The notes under the pieces were generated by a model. The model did not search any database and was not told the DNA's origin. It was given only the letters and a program-made list of their open reading frames with translations. A program made the translations under genes and the position numbers. 64,000 bases of DNA from Callorhinchus milii (lineage: Eukaryota), in NCBI RefSeq assembly GCF_018977255.1, contig NW_024704742.1, positions 32,800,001 through 32,864,000 of the forward strand. The letters run 5' to 3'. Shown piece by piece: positions 33,700 through 47,900 of the stretch. How positions within the stretch are numbered: position 1 is the first letter of the stretch; every line of letters begins with the position of its first letter.

Positions 33700-35060
33700 A
33701 TGATTTTGCTAAATGAGATCCTGTCTGCGTGTTCATCAAAGATCCCATAGTAGGATTTGAATAGAGAAAGGAGTATATATGAGGGGAGGAGGTGACTTTA
33801 GGAGCATTGCAATTCACAGCTGCATTATTCCTGGTATGAACACAGCATGTACAGCCACTGCGAGCTTCTCCATGACGTCCTTTCAATTCTCTCAAACATT
33901 CCCCCAGGCAGTATAAATCTAGCTTTCCATTCCATATCACTTTGGCATAAGCGCACATAGCATTACTGCTATGATTCAATAATTCTTACAGGCAAAACAA
34001 TGAAAATGACACTTAAAGGGAAAACTGAGAAAACAACAATAGTAGAAAGAGATTTTTTGGCATATTCAAAAATAGTCTAAATTTTGTCCAACAAATTCTC
34101 AATAATGGAGCAACTTTACTCACAAATGTAGCCCTTGGTGACCTTCAGACAAGTTACTGACACAGAATCTATCTGACAGCCTAATTTGCGAAATAGGCTC
34201 ATGAACACTAGAAATTGATTCTTTTATACGTAGCTGCATTCTTTATACAGTATCTTCTAACTATAATGCCTCAGCAGCACAAAACAAAGGCCTCAGGATC
34301 TAACGGTAACATGAGCTTTTTTTCCATTCTCCTTGAACTGAACACAATGTCATGCATTGTGCGACGGATCTCACCCTTTGATGTACGTGCAAATTTTGTT
34401 AACGCTTTTGTACCAAATGCCCTATGCTTCTCTCGTAACCCTGTCGGTGTGAGCCCCTATTTCAAAGGAGACTCAACCAAGTCAGAGTTAACCACAGACA
34501 GTTAACCCCAATGCCTGGTAACTGGAATGTCTAATTGGAGTCTGTTTGTACTAGTTGACCTCAAATGTTGACAACTACCCTCCGAAGTGCTTACTCCTTT
34601 TCTTGTCTAGAATGCTACAGAGACTTGAGGAAACATTCGGTGGAAACAACAGCTTTTTATTAAAACCTAGCAACCTTAGGCTACCTTGCATATAAGGAAC
34701 ACAGCAATGGAAGATATGCAACAATTGGGCGCAAATATAACAATCACAAATAACTATAACAACTGGCAGCACAATACCACATTAGTAAAGGAACATGAAA
34801 CTAGCTCTGACTGTACAGAAGTCCTGTACACGTCAGTACATACCAGTTAACGACCATTAGTTAGCGACCGTGAGGAGTGCCGAGCATTGCTTTATAGATG
34901 TGTGTGGCTCCACCCGCAGTATCATGCCATTGCGAGGATTTTTTCCCCGCGCTAGCGCCCACGTGTTATTTTACTCTGCAGGCTGCTTGTTAGCTCTGGG
35001 CTGCAAGCAGCTCCCGCAACTTGGAATCTTGCAGAACCCACTTAACAGGGCAGGCTTCCC
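33700..35060 (-). ncRNA. Putative multi-exon transcript divergent from the EFCAB14-like promoter (lncRNA or small-ORF gene)
   Basis: Four consecutive minus-strand donors (CTG/gtatgt 34843, GGA/gtaagc 34594, AGG/gtgaga 34374, TTT/gtgagt 34123) with plausible acceptors; CpG-rich 5' end. No transcript evidence is available. Confidence 0.4.
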
Positions 35061-35889
35061 CATTTCCCTTAAATAATATTATATAGTTATAGATACATAT
35101 TATCTAAGCAAGCGCAGGGGCTCTTCCTACTCAGCTTCCGTTAACTCAGTTAACCAAAGCTCCAATGGTAGGGTGGTCTAAGCTGGATGTAAATTATGTA
35201 AATAGGATACATCCCTCCGAGGAAAGAGTGTTTCTTTCCAGACATGGTGATTTCCATCCATAGATAGCATACATGGAACAACTCTCAAGTTGGTTTAGAT
35301 ACTCTTAAAGATGATGATGGATTGCCTCATGTGTCAGACACCCGGCTGACCAAAACACTTTTTTAATGAATATAATCCAAACAAACAGAAGATAAAAAAC
35401 AAATCAGAGGAAGCCTCTGGTCTGGAAAAAGTTGGGGTTGGAAAACTTCAATGTGATTCTGTATATTCTGTTCATTGCAAATAAATAAAGACATTTGGGG
35501 ATATTTAAATACCACTGATCTGTAGCCGGCTAATTGCCCACAATGTGTATGTATTTGGATAATTGATTGACTACTACACAGTGCAGCACAAGCATTTCAG
35601 AACTGAACTGTGACAAAGGAATGTATGTGTGTGAGAGCAAGGTGGTGGGTGGGGGAAGATGTCTGGCTTGTTTGCTTGATCGTTCTGTTCTCGGGAGGTG
35701 GAGTTTCCAGGTAACTTGATCCAGGTGTTTCTCCACTCCCTCAACTGCGAACTGCTACACTTTCTTTTAAAAGAAAGTCAGTGTAACTTAGCGAGCATTG
35801 CTGTAAGTGGCATAGAGCCGAGTCCCTCTGAAGTCTGGTGTGTGACTGTGAACTAGCACAAATTACAAGAAGCAAATCTCCTAGCCCCA

Positions 35890-35999
35890 ATGCCGGAGTT
35901 GAAGACTAAGGAGAAGTATGTCCTGCTGGGCGATGACTCTGACGGTGAGAACGAGGAGTATAACAAGATGAAACTGTCCTCAGTGAATGCTCAGCATGG
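35890..35999 (+). CDS. EFCAB14-like exon 1
   Basis: [37 protein letters not shown]; donor GG/gtaagc, phase 2. Confidence 0.82.
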
Positions 36000-38900
36000 G
36001 TAAGCAGTAAATCGTCATTCACCCGCAGGTTTTAGGATTGCCATTGATCGCCTCTGTTACTACCTGTGATTACTGCCTGCTAATTGTAAAATTACTTTTT
36101 TCCTCTTCCCCTCCAAAAAATCTGATCCGGTCAAAGCCAACCAGGTAACCCCTTTCTACGATCCCACGTTCCACCGCTAAAGCTATGTTAGTCAAATTAA
36201 AATCTGGGGCATTAATAGACAAGAAAAACAATGTTATCAGACAGGCTGATATGTCCCCATTTCGATGCAGTATTGTGTTTTGCTTTAGCCAGAATCATTT
36301 TTAAAACTGTTGAACATAAAATTATGGTGGAAAAGCTATCAATAGCGTTTAAAATCACGAGCTAACAAACCTGTGAAATTGAGAACAGCCTCAAAACACT
36401 GGGTATACATTTAGGATTTACATATTTATTTTCTGTTCTGGTAAAAATGTCCAGCGCCTAGCTGTTAAAGGAGCTGAATTTTTCGTTTAAAAAAAGCTAG
36501 AATGAGTAAATCCAGCCAGTTGAGTTTCCCTCCAGCTAATCTTCATATCAGATACAGGAGAGTCTTCACAGTGGATGGTAACATAATGACCCTGTGATCA
36601 CCAACCATAATGATACAAACGCTCTGGGACACTACCCGGGTGAAGAGCGTTATATAAATGCAAATTGTTGTTGTTGATCAGAGTGTATGGATGGTGGTTA
36701 GGTCCTCAAAGAGCACTGTCCTTCATGAAGCAAGGTGCATTATACTCTGTGTGAAAGTCTCCTCTTTGTGAACTGGACCTAATTTGTACAAGTGCATCAT
36801 GAAGAATTATCAATCCAATAGTGCTACTGATCCTTCTAACTTATACCGACCGAAAGGATCACTGCTGTGCGAAATAGAAAAACTGTGCTGTGTGCTATAA
36901 TTCTATGATTCTATGATTTGATTGGCACCTGATGGAGGGCTCTGGATGGATGGTGCCTCCCCTTGCCGACAAAAACACAGTCCCTACACTCTTCATCCTC
37001 TGAAGCAGTTTTGCTCTGGGATGCTACTATGCGTGAGGGGCACTATATAAATGCAAGTTGTTGTTGTCTATGTGATAAGGCACTATATCAATCAAAGGAT
37101 TATTATTATCTGGAATTACTTAAAATGGGGGGAGGGAAGGTAAATGCAAGGGGTAGACAACACTGCAATGTTGTCTGTGTTACATATTTATACTGTGTAC
37201 AACAGGCTAAACCATGGAACAATAAATACTTTGACCTTTCTAATAAATAAATCACATCAGAATTTCAATGAGTAACATTTATAAATTATTCCAACTACAT
37301 GTTGCTACATGTTCCAGACATTGAGTTTGTAACTTAACATAGCAATAGCACCACTTAAGCTCTTGGCTCAGATTTTGAAGAATAGCGAGTGCTTTAGCGT
37401 AGATACCATAAAACAAACAGGGTGAGAGGTATTATCCAAGTCAAAATTTGTTTTAAAGTTATGTACCAATGGTTATGCCATCTGGGTTTTGAACATGATA
37501 GTCACAACATAGAATCATAGGAATTTACAGCACAGAAAGAGGCCATTTTGCCAACAAAATGTACAGTTAATTCACTTTACAGTATATGTGAAGTGCTTTG
37601 AGACATCTTGACGACGTGATAATGTGCTATATCAAATGCAAGGAGCAAGGATTATTACTACTAGTAGTATTCGACTCATTGAATATGCACTGGCTCTCAG
37701 AGCAAGGTGTTCATACTGTATCACTGCTCTGCCTTATCCCCATACCCCTTCAAGCCTCTATTTTCTATAGTAAAACCTGTGAAGCTTTTTGAAAAGTCCT
37801 TCTGATGTGAAAGACGCTATAACAAATGCAAAGAATATTAGTCTGTGCTCAGCTGTGAGCATATCAACAGATCTTGCTCGAAACAAAATTAAATTGGTGT
37901 CAAACCAAACTGCTGTTAAGCATTCCAAGACACTACCCTCTGATGAAGGGTGCTTTATGAATGCAAGCTTTTGATGTTGTTTTCCAATAAAAAAAACTAC
38001 TTCTTTTACAGTAGATCATTTACCAGTACTACACCTCCCAACTAGATACAATTTATTATACAAAGATTAGGTGATAGCATTGTTCTCAGACACATAACCT
38101 ACAACTTGAAAAGAACATAGTGTAGAGGAAGTAACATTATACAGTACTGCTTCAGACCCAGATTCAGACGCAGATGGAATTTCTCCCCCATGTGTTTATA
38201 ACAAATCCTCATGCCTCTGTTTACCGAGCAATAAGTGGGAACCTGTTGTTTGTCAATTGGCGGATTGCATTCCAGGGGTAATAATCCCTCAAAAAAAATT
38301 GGTAATTCAATCCATGATTGTTTGTGGGACATGCTGTGTACAATTGACTGCCACATTTTCACCCAAAATTACACATCAATTCACTTTATAATATATTCTG
38401 TGAAGCACTTTGAGACAGTTCAACAACATGATAAGGCACTATATCAATTGCAAGGATTATTATTATTATTATATTACAACTGATTTTCACCAGGAAGATA
38501 CCACAAACAGTAAAACTAATTGGTAAATGACTAGTCAGACCTGAAGATTTTTGATAGCCATGACATTGGAAGAACCTCAAATAATGGCACAGAATCTTTA
38601 ATTTCCACCATAACAAGCAAGATAGGACCTCAGTTTTACATCTTATCCAAGTCATGTACCTCAGTGTCGAGATCTGATATACCCCTTGAAACTGTAACTG
38701 TCGGTGTACTTATAGTGCTTTCACATTAAAATGTATTTCACTTGTGTCTCTTGCTGGGCGGAAGCTTGTAGCTCACCTCTTTTGTTTTATTTTGTCTTCT
38801 GTTTCTGTTATAGGAAAAGGTACTCAGCAAGCAGATTCAGATGCTTTGCTTGGTGCCAGCCACAATGGATTTGTCACAGTTTCTTCATCTTATTGCTTCT

Positions 38901-41900
38901 CTTGTCCCAAGTGGGTTTATTTTTGTACGTGCTGAATCTGCATGGAGAAATAGCAAAAATAAAAGTGGGACAAACGACAAGACAGCAAAAAGGTAAGAAA
39001 ACATTTCATCATCATTGATACGTTGAACACTAGAACACCCAATTACTTCAATGTATTGAACTAAAGAGACCATGGGATAAATTAGTGGCATTTCATACCT
39101 CGTTCTGTGTGAAAATGAAGTTCACCATTGATGACACACCAGCCAGTCTGGCGAATTGGAGGAACAGACACTGGTACTGTGATTCTTCACAACCAGCTCC
39201 CGTTAAACCTGCAAGCCAAAGTCTTAAAGGGTGGTTTGGTTCTATTTATTTTTGGTCAGCAAGGTATCTGACACATGCAGAAACCCATCACATTGCTTAA
39301 GAGTATCCATACCAAGCTGAGAATCCCATGCATCCCACCTACACATGGAAATCCCAGAGATAGATTGTTGGAATGGAATGGGACACATTCTGCTGAGCTA
39401 ATCTGGAAAGTAATAGGTGCAGATTGGTAAGAGTCAAGGCTTGAGGACCCCAGAGTGTGGGTTGGGGTAACTGCTGGTGTCTAACCACCTAACACTGCAA
39501 CGCTTGCCATTGACTGGTTGACAAGTTTGTCCTGCTAGGACCACCCTACCCGTTAGGCTTTGGCTTGCAGGGTTAACAGGAGCTGAGTGGGATGACTCCC
39601 TGCCCCCAGTGACTGATTTGCCCTTCCAGGTCCTGCCGAAAGTCAGACTTGTTGCGCTGCCATCAGTAATGCCCTGGAATACTGCAGACCTGCCTGGCTA
39701 GGAAACAGACTACCGAGACCACCACAGGGGGCTGGCTCGATTCCGACAGTCCGTTGCCAAGCATGTCACCTTGGAGCTAGTTCTGCTTCAAGGAGTCTCC
39801 GCTTATCTCCACCCCTAACAGGATAATTTGATTGTATTTGGACAAGTAGAAAGAAGCTTGGAATGGCAAGCTGTGCAGTTTTAGTTGGACTCCAGTACTA
39901 TCCCAATGCATACCTCAAACATCCAAGCAAGGAGACAATACAAACTCCATCCCAGACAAATGGAAACCATGACTATATGGAATGCTGAGTAGCTTGATTT
40001 AAAGTCTCTTAAGCACGTTGACGAGTTTGCATGTGTTACCAAAAATAAATGATAATTAGAAATGATACTGAACATGTTTTGATTCACCACTAATTTATCC
40101 TCAACTTTCAAAGCGTAAGCACAACCAATAAGATCAAATCAAGGAATGTTCACATTTATTATATGTCCGAAACTTTCATCTCACGCTTTTAATTTTCTCA
40201 TCATCCAGTGTCAGCATTTTTATCTGGCATTTAAAAAAAATACCTTTTGTGTTTTTGATAATAAACTTTCAGTATGGATAGCAGATGCCTTAACAATGCA
40301 AGTCACTTAGGCAAAGCACAACACAGCCTAGCTGCTTTATAACTCCGCCAACCCCCTGTTATAATAACACTAGCTGTACCTGTAGTAGCTGCACTTGCAA
40401 GCAAAGGATCCAATATGGAATGTAGATTGACACACAGAGCCATTTCATCTTCATCTATACTGCTGTGGGAGGACTCCTGTGGGAGGACTCCATTTGGGAG
40501 GATTTGGCGCCTTAAAAATTAAATTTTGTTGTTAGCTTAGCTTCATCTGTGTTCTTTATTTTGTTCCCGCCACTTGGCTACGAGTATGCTCTGTGGCACA
40601 GGATGCCACAGCGCCACAGTCAGCCGGCACTCCCACCAGGTGTAACTGCAGTGTGTGAATACATACGCAGGTGCTCTGTAACGCATGGTGCCACGGCGTC
40701 ACTTTGACTCGGCGGCCACCAGGTGTAACTGCAGTGAAAAACACAAAATTGAAAATAACTCATGAACGATAGGAGATACCCAAAAACAAATATGCCCATG
40801 TCATTCCCAGATGCAAGGCCTTTCCGATGAGGTATAATTCATATCTCTATGTCAATTGATTATTGAGTACCTTCTTGAAGCACAGACAGATATTGTTGTT
40901 TTATTAATATATGTAGAAGATAGATAGATAACCTTTGCATTTGATATAGTGCCTCATCACATCTTCTAGATGTCTCAAAGCACTTCACAGAATATATTGT
41001 AAAGTCAATTGACTGTATATTTTGTGGGCGAAATGTGACAGCCAATTGCTCACAGCAGTGTCCCACAAACAGTTATGGATTGAGTGACAAAATTATTCTT
41101 TTTTTGAGATTATTACCCCCTGGAAAAGCGATCCACCAATTGACTAACAACCAAGTTCCTACTTACTGCTAGTTAAGCAGAGGCATGTCTAGTAAGGAAA
41201 CTTCACCGCGCCTGTGAATCTAACCCAGGTCCTCTCGCTTGCAAGGCGGTTCTCTAACCACTAAGCTACAGGACTCTATACTGTTGATTCAGTATTTTGC
41301 AGCAGTATATTTCTGCAGCAATAGAATTGCAACCAATGTGAAATCTAATGCTGAAATATTGCTGAATAGTGTTTTAGTTTTAATGATAATGACAGCTGAC
41401 AAAAAGTCTCTTTTTTTTCTCATTTTAAACTATTTCAGCAGTTTAGTAGCATTTAGAGATTATTTGCCACTTGTCAGTAAATATGTCATCCTTGCATGAG
41501 TCATTTAATGATCCATGAATTTTAATCTAGGCTGGCTCACTTCAGAAGCAAGTCTTGTCGTGAGTAGTATGAGCTTTCACACTCATTCCCAGACACACAA
41601 TTCAAAGATAACTACTTTGCCCCTCAATTGAGGAAAGCTTTATTGGAGAACTTGTATTTGACTCAAAATTTGAAAGCGTAATGATTTATTTGAAAAATTC
41701 ATGTGCATTTTTAGAAGAAGATTTACTGAATATTGGAGATAATTTTAGGAAAGAGCTAGCAGCCTCTTTCTTGTATGAAATTGCACTGACATTTTCAAAC
41801 TGGTGGAATATCCTAATAGTTATGCATGTAAGAGGATCTTTTCCCATTCCTTGTGTTGAGGTCCAACAATTTCTGAGCTCCTCGATAATTTAGAGATGTC

Positions 41901-44900
41901 TTTAAAGAGATGTGAATATGTGGGTCGATGCAGTACAGGAAATAATTTTGTTTCTGCACCCTACAAGGGTCAGTTGAATTGGGCTGAAGTTTGTGGCATT
42001 TCATAATTTACTGCATGAGACAGTTACCACGAAGAACAGATTAGGAAACATGGAAATTCCATGTCAATGACTCATAGCCTTTGTTTGTACAAGTGGCGTG
42101 CCAGAGATAATGTGAAATAATAACATTATGGTGCAGGTTGCACCACATGATAACATAGGATCAGACCGTACCCTTAGAGATGAATAGAGATACGAATAGA
42201 GATAATGAATAATTTTAGAAAATACATACACAAAAGTGGGAAGATGGTGAACTTAGTCCGAACACTGTCTGACTGCAACTGATTCATTTGTCAACCACCT
42301 GACTCCTACTACTTCATATCTCTCCACTCCAGCCAGAGGACATACCATACTCTGAGTAAAAATATTTACCCTTCATTAATTAAAAAAAACATGAATCTGC
42401 TGTGCAGAAATTAAACACCTGCATAACCATGGGTTACCATAAGAATAGTCCAAGTCTAGAAGCACCCATCATCAAAGTTAGTATTTAACAGCAAGAAGAA
42501 TTTCACGCCCACATGCCTGTGCCAGATCTTTGAAATTGCTGTCCAATTAGTCCTACTCCCCCATAGCATTGCAATCTTTTCTTTTCAAGTATCTATCCAA
42601 TTATTATTATATATTCCATTTTGAAAGTTATTATTGAATCTGTTTACACCATTCTTTCATGCAGTGCATTCCAGATCGTAACAACTCACAGCTTAACTCA
42701 CTGCCAAAGAACTCTGGTTCTTTTGCCAATTATCTTAAATCTGTGTCCTGGTTACCAACCGAACCAACCACCAGTGGAACTAGTTTCTCAATATTTACTC
42801 TATGAAAACCTATCATCATTTTGAACACCTCTATTAAATGTCACCTTAACTTCATTAAGGCCAACAACCAGGCCAACTTCTCTGCTCTGAGGAGAACAAT
42901 CCCAGCTTCGCTCGTTTCTCCACATAACTGAAGCCCCAACTAATATGTATCTGCAGTACATATTAGCAACTCAACATACAATGACTTTGCAGCATCATGA
43001 AGATAAACCGTTTTACAACGTTTTTCATGCAATGTAAGAGTGAATAAAGAAATGTTTTGAAATGCAATGTATTTCTTTATAACTTGTCCTTTTACTATCA
43101 GCATTGGAATTGTGATAATATTTTCTGGAGCTGCAAAATAAATCTCCAATTGTGAAAGCAGAACATTGCCCGAATGAGGCAGTATATAATAATCCTTGAA
43201 TATAAATACTCCTTGTGTTTAACATAAGCCTTATTACATCGTCAGACAATTTTTCATCGCTGAGATGTTCTTTCACTGTTGCATGACATCCTTTAGTAGG
43301 AAGGTGGGTATATTCTGGTGCTAGGAAACATTGATAGTGGGTGTTTGGTACGTGGTACTAATGAAAAGGCAACATGGATGGATAATTGTCTTTTCTTTCA
43401 TCCTTACCTTCATATTACTTGTGCCTGATTATTACACTCTTCCCTGATAAATAAGCAGTACACCTGATCTAGGTGAACATAGGTGCACTTTGTTGCTGCA
43501 CAGTCCTCAAGGTGTCCCAAGGATGAGCGAGATTTGAGCAGGTGAAAAGTTGAGAATTGCATTTAGAAGAAGGGTGGCTCTCTTCCTTTGTACTAGATCA
43601 ATGGAATTTAATTTACTGACTTGTTGTTGTTAGACAAGACAGGTTGCTCTGATAATACTTTGAGGAGTTGAAAGGCTAATTATGATATTCTTCATAAAGT
43701 AAAAAGTAAAACCTGTTAAAAGCTCATTGTGTGACTTGCTGAGTCTTAGTTACCAACATCTAAAATCAAATTTGCTGCAGGGTTCATAACTCATGTCAGC
43801 AGATCAATGCAACCACAGCCCAGACTTAAAACAGTTCACCGCTGAGCTCTTTGAAGATACATAATTAAATGTTTCACAACAGCTTCAATGTGATAATTTT
43901 TAAAATAAACGATCGGCCGAATGGTCTTCTTCTGTGCTGTAATATTCTATGACTCTATGAAGCATCACATTTCGCCTTTATTATTTATTAAAGGTTTTAA
44001 TGATTATTTTCTCATTTTAAAAAAAATATTATTAATGTACTTATTTTCTCTCTCATCTCTCTGGCACGTGTGAAAACCTGTTACCAGGCTTACACAAGAG
44101 TTTCCAAACCAAACTGAGAGTTGCACATATGCATGGAACATCATACATGGAACCTTCCCTCTGTCTGGATAGGAATGCACAATGGCGACACCCTGCTTAC
44201 CTAATTCAGTAGAGTATTAAATGCACTAATAATCGGGCTGTGGGGACCACAGATTGGATGAGGGGTACTGCTAGAGTTTAACCAGCCATTGGAAGCACTG
44301 TCTGTCAAGCTGCTTGTCCAGCTAGCTCCACCTGTTAGTGTATTGTTGCTGAAAAGGAAGAATCACTGCCCCTCCAAGTCCTGCCGATGTGCCAGACTGA
44401 CTGGTTTATCGTCAGTAATTCTTTGAAGTTACAGCGGAGTCTGGCACAGGAACCACTCAACTGCGACCACCAGAGTTGTCTCCATTTTGACATTCCATTC
44501 CAAAACAAGTAGGTGGGTGGGTGTATCTTCAGTCATGATTGATCATTGAATCTTGCTCTTTCTAGACTCATAGCTTATCATATGAGTAAGGAGGAGGAGA
44601 TGGATATGTGCTTCGAGTTCTCAGTGGAACTATTCTCTGTATCTCATGCTTTTTGAAGATGGGTGGTGGAGGCTTATCTGATCCTCTGTGTGCCTAGCAA
44701 GGAAATAATTCCTTCAAAAAAATTAATAAATTGGTCACTCAATACACGACTGTTTGTGGGACACTGCTGTGCACAATTGGCTGCCACGTTTCACCCACAA
44801 ACTGTACAGTCAATTCACTTTACAGTATATTCAGTGAAGCTCTTTGAGATGTCTTGAAGACGTGATAAAGTGCTATATCAAATACAAGGATTATTATTAT

Positions 44901-47900
44901 TATATTATTATTATTGCTAGCTCAGTTCCTAGGAGACCATACTTTCCTTTCCTTCTCCTCTCCCAAGATGGATAGCTATTAACAGAAGTCGCTAGGAATA
45001 CTCAGCATCTATCAGACAGCATCTATGGAAAAAGGAAAGTAAGTCAGAACTGGGGCATGTTGGGAGGGAGAGGCTGTTAAGGACTAACAGAGAGGTGGGA
45101 GGCAGGACAAAGAAGACAAAGGAGAAAATGGGGTAGAGAACAGGGAATGATGGATTAAAGAGGTATTAATGATGCAAACAAAGGGGGGAAAAAGATATCT
45201 GTACAGATATCTACAGATATCTTTTACAATCCCACCAACTCCCACAGTTACCTGGACTATACCTCCTCCCACCCTACCTCCTGTAAAGACTCCATTCCCT
45301 TTACCCAGTTCCTCCGCCTCTACCGCTCTGATGAAACCACCTTTCACACCAGAACAACTGAAATGTATTCCTTTTACCTTGACCGAGGATTCCCATCCAT
45401 TGTAGTAGGCAGGGCCCTTGACTGTGTCCGCTCTATTTCCCTTAACTCTGCTCACCCCCTCCCCCTCTTCTGAGTCCTCACCATCCAATCCACCAGCTTC
45501 AACATCCAACAAATAATTCTTGGCCATTTCCGGCATCTCCAGCATGATCCAACCAAAAAACATATTTTTCCCTCCCCTCCCCTCTCAGCATTCCAAAGGG
45601 ACAGTTCCCTCTGTGACTCCCTGGTTCATTCCTCCATCACCACCAACAATTGCTCTCCTCCACCTGGCACCTTCCCATGCCAAGTGCAGGAGATGCAATA
45701 CCTGCCCTTTCACCTCCTCCCATACCACTGTCCAGGGCCCCAAACACAGTTTTCAAGTTAAACAGTGATTTTTGTGCACTATCACCAATGTAATAATAAT
45801 AATAATAATCTTTGCATTTGATATAGCGCTTTTTCACGTCGGGAGGATGTCCCAAAGCACTTCACAGAACACACTGTAAAGTGAATTGACTGTATATTTG
45901 TGGGCGAATGCTGCAGCCAATTGCGCACAGCAATGTCCCACAAACAGTCGTAGATTGAAAATGACCAATTTATTATTGTTTTTTTTGGTTTTTTTGGAGG
46001 GATTATTATTAGGCGTGTGGAGTAAGAAAACTTGCCCAAGGTTTCGCCCTCTGCCTGGAATTGAACTCAGGTCTCTTGCTTGCAAAGCGAGTGCTCTAAC
46101 CACTGAGCTACAGGACTCCACTTTACTCCATTCACTGCTCACGATGTGGTCTCCTCTACACTGGGGAGACGAAACGTAGATTGGGTGACTGATTTGCTGA
46201 ACACCTCTGTTCTGTCCACAAGCACAACCCTGAACTTTCGGTTTCTTGCCACTTCAACTCTCCCTCCCACTCGCACGCTGACCTCTCCATCCATGGTCTC
46301 CTGCGTTGTTCCAATGAGCACAGCGCAAGCTCGACGAACAGCACCTCATCTACCTGCTAGGACCTTACAGCCCTCTGGCCTCAATATTGATTTCAATAAT
46401 TTCAGGCCATAACACCTCACCTTCCCCCACCCCCTCTTCTGTGACCATTACCACATCATCTGGGTCCCAGAGACACTTTTCTCTCTCTGGTCTACCTGTT
46501 TTGTTGCTTCCCCCACCACCCCCACCCACCTTTGTTCTGCATTATTAATACCTCTATTCCCCTGTTTTATCAATCTGTTTTGACTTGCATCATTAGCACC
46601 TCTTTAACCCATCACCCCCTGTCCTCTACCCCATTTTCTCATTTGTCTTCCTTGTCCTGCCTCCTTCCTCTCTGTTAGCCCTTAAAAGCCTCTCCCTCCC
46701 AATATGCCCCAACCTGACGAAGGATCGTGGACCTGAAACATTGACTCACTTTCCTTTCTTTGTAGAAGCTGCCTGACCTTCTGAGTATTCCCAGCGACTT
46801 CTGTTTTTGTTTCAGATTTCCAGCATCTGCAGCATTTTGGTTATTAGTTGATCATTTATGCAGGATCTTGAATACTGTCTGAAATAGCCTGTTTCTGTTT
46901 CAGAAAATATCATACTTAATGTTTCCTTTTAAAAGTCTTCTTTTGACACGTTTATTGCTTGTTTGTTTTTTATGTTGACATCTCTCAGAACAACTCACTC
47001 AGCAGTCTGTTAAGATGCCTTCTGTCGAGGGGAGCCTTGGAGAAGGAAATGCGGAACTGAAATCCAAAGTGGAGGATTTATATGAGAAGGTAAACCCATA
47101 ACAAGCTATACACAAGCAGCTTAATACTGGAATATGAGGGTGGTTGGGATGGAAGGATGAGATCAAAATGGGCCAATGATTATTTTCCGAAAAGCTCTTG
47201 TGGTATATGAGCACAAATCTGTCTGGGAGATGTTTGTCCTTTGTGGGCACAAATAATTCCATTTATCTGATTGCTGATCAATATTATACTTTAAGCAGGA
47301 GAATTAATTGCTGCCTAAGGAAATTTTGCCTTAAAAATAATGTTCCATTCAAATGTCATGTATAGATTCGTATTTGTACCATGCCATAGAAATGTATCTG
47401 ATACACTAATGGGAAGACAATACAGTCTTATGAATGCAATTTGTTGTTGTTGTATCTTTTGCATTTTAAACGCTACCCATCTGTAGCTTGTATTCTTTTT
47501 TTAATTTTCTTGTTTTTCTTTTTCTTGAAGGTCCTTTGTTAAAAATGACTTTCTTGTAAAATGGTGAAAATAATTTGTGTTTGTAATTCTTCACATTCAC
47601 ATAATTTGTTTTACAGCTTGAGGAGATTACATTTTCCCTTTCCCGAAGCAAAAAGTTGCAAAATGCAGAATCAGATGTGAACCATCCACATAATATAGCG
47701 ATGATAGACAAGGTACAGTATGTGAAGCCTGTAATAATAATAATGATCTTTGCATTTGATATAGCGCTTTTTTGGGACATCTCAAAGTGCTTCACAGAAT
47801 ATACTGTAAGTGAATTGACTGTATATTTTGTGGGTGAAATGTTCAGGTGAAAATGCAACAATAGTGATAACGATCACATTGTCAGATTTTATGTTACTGG

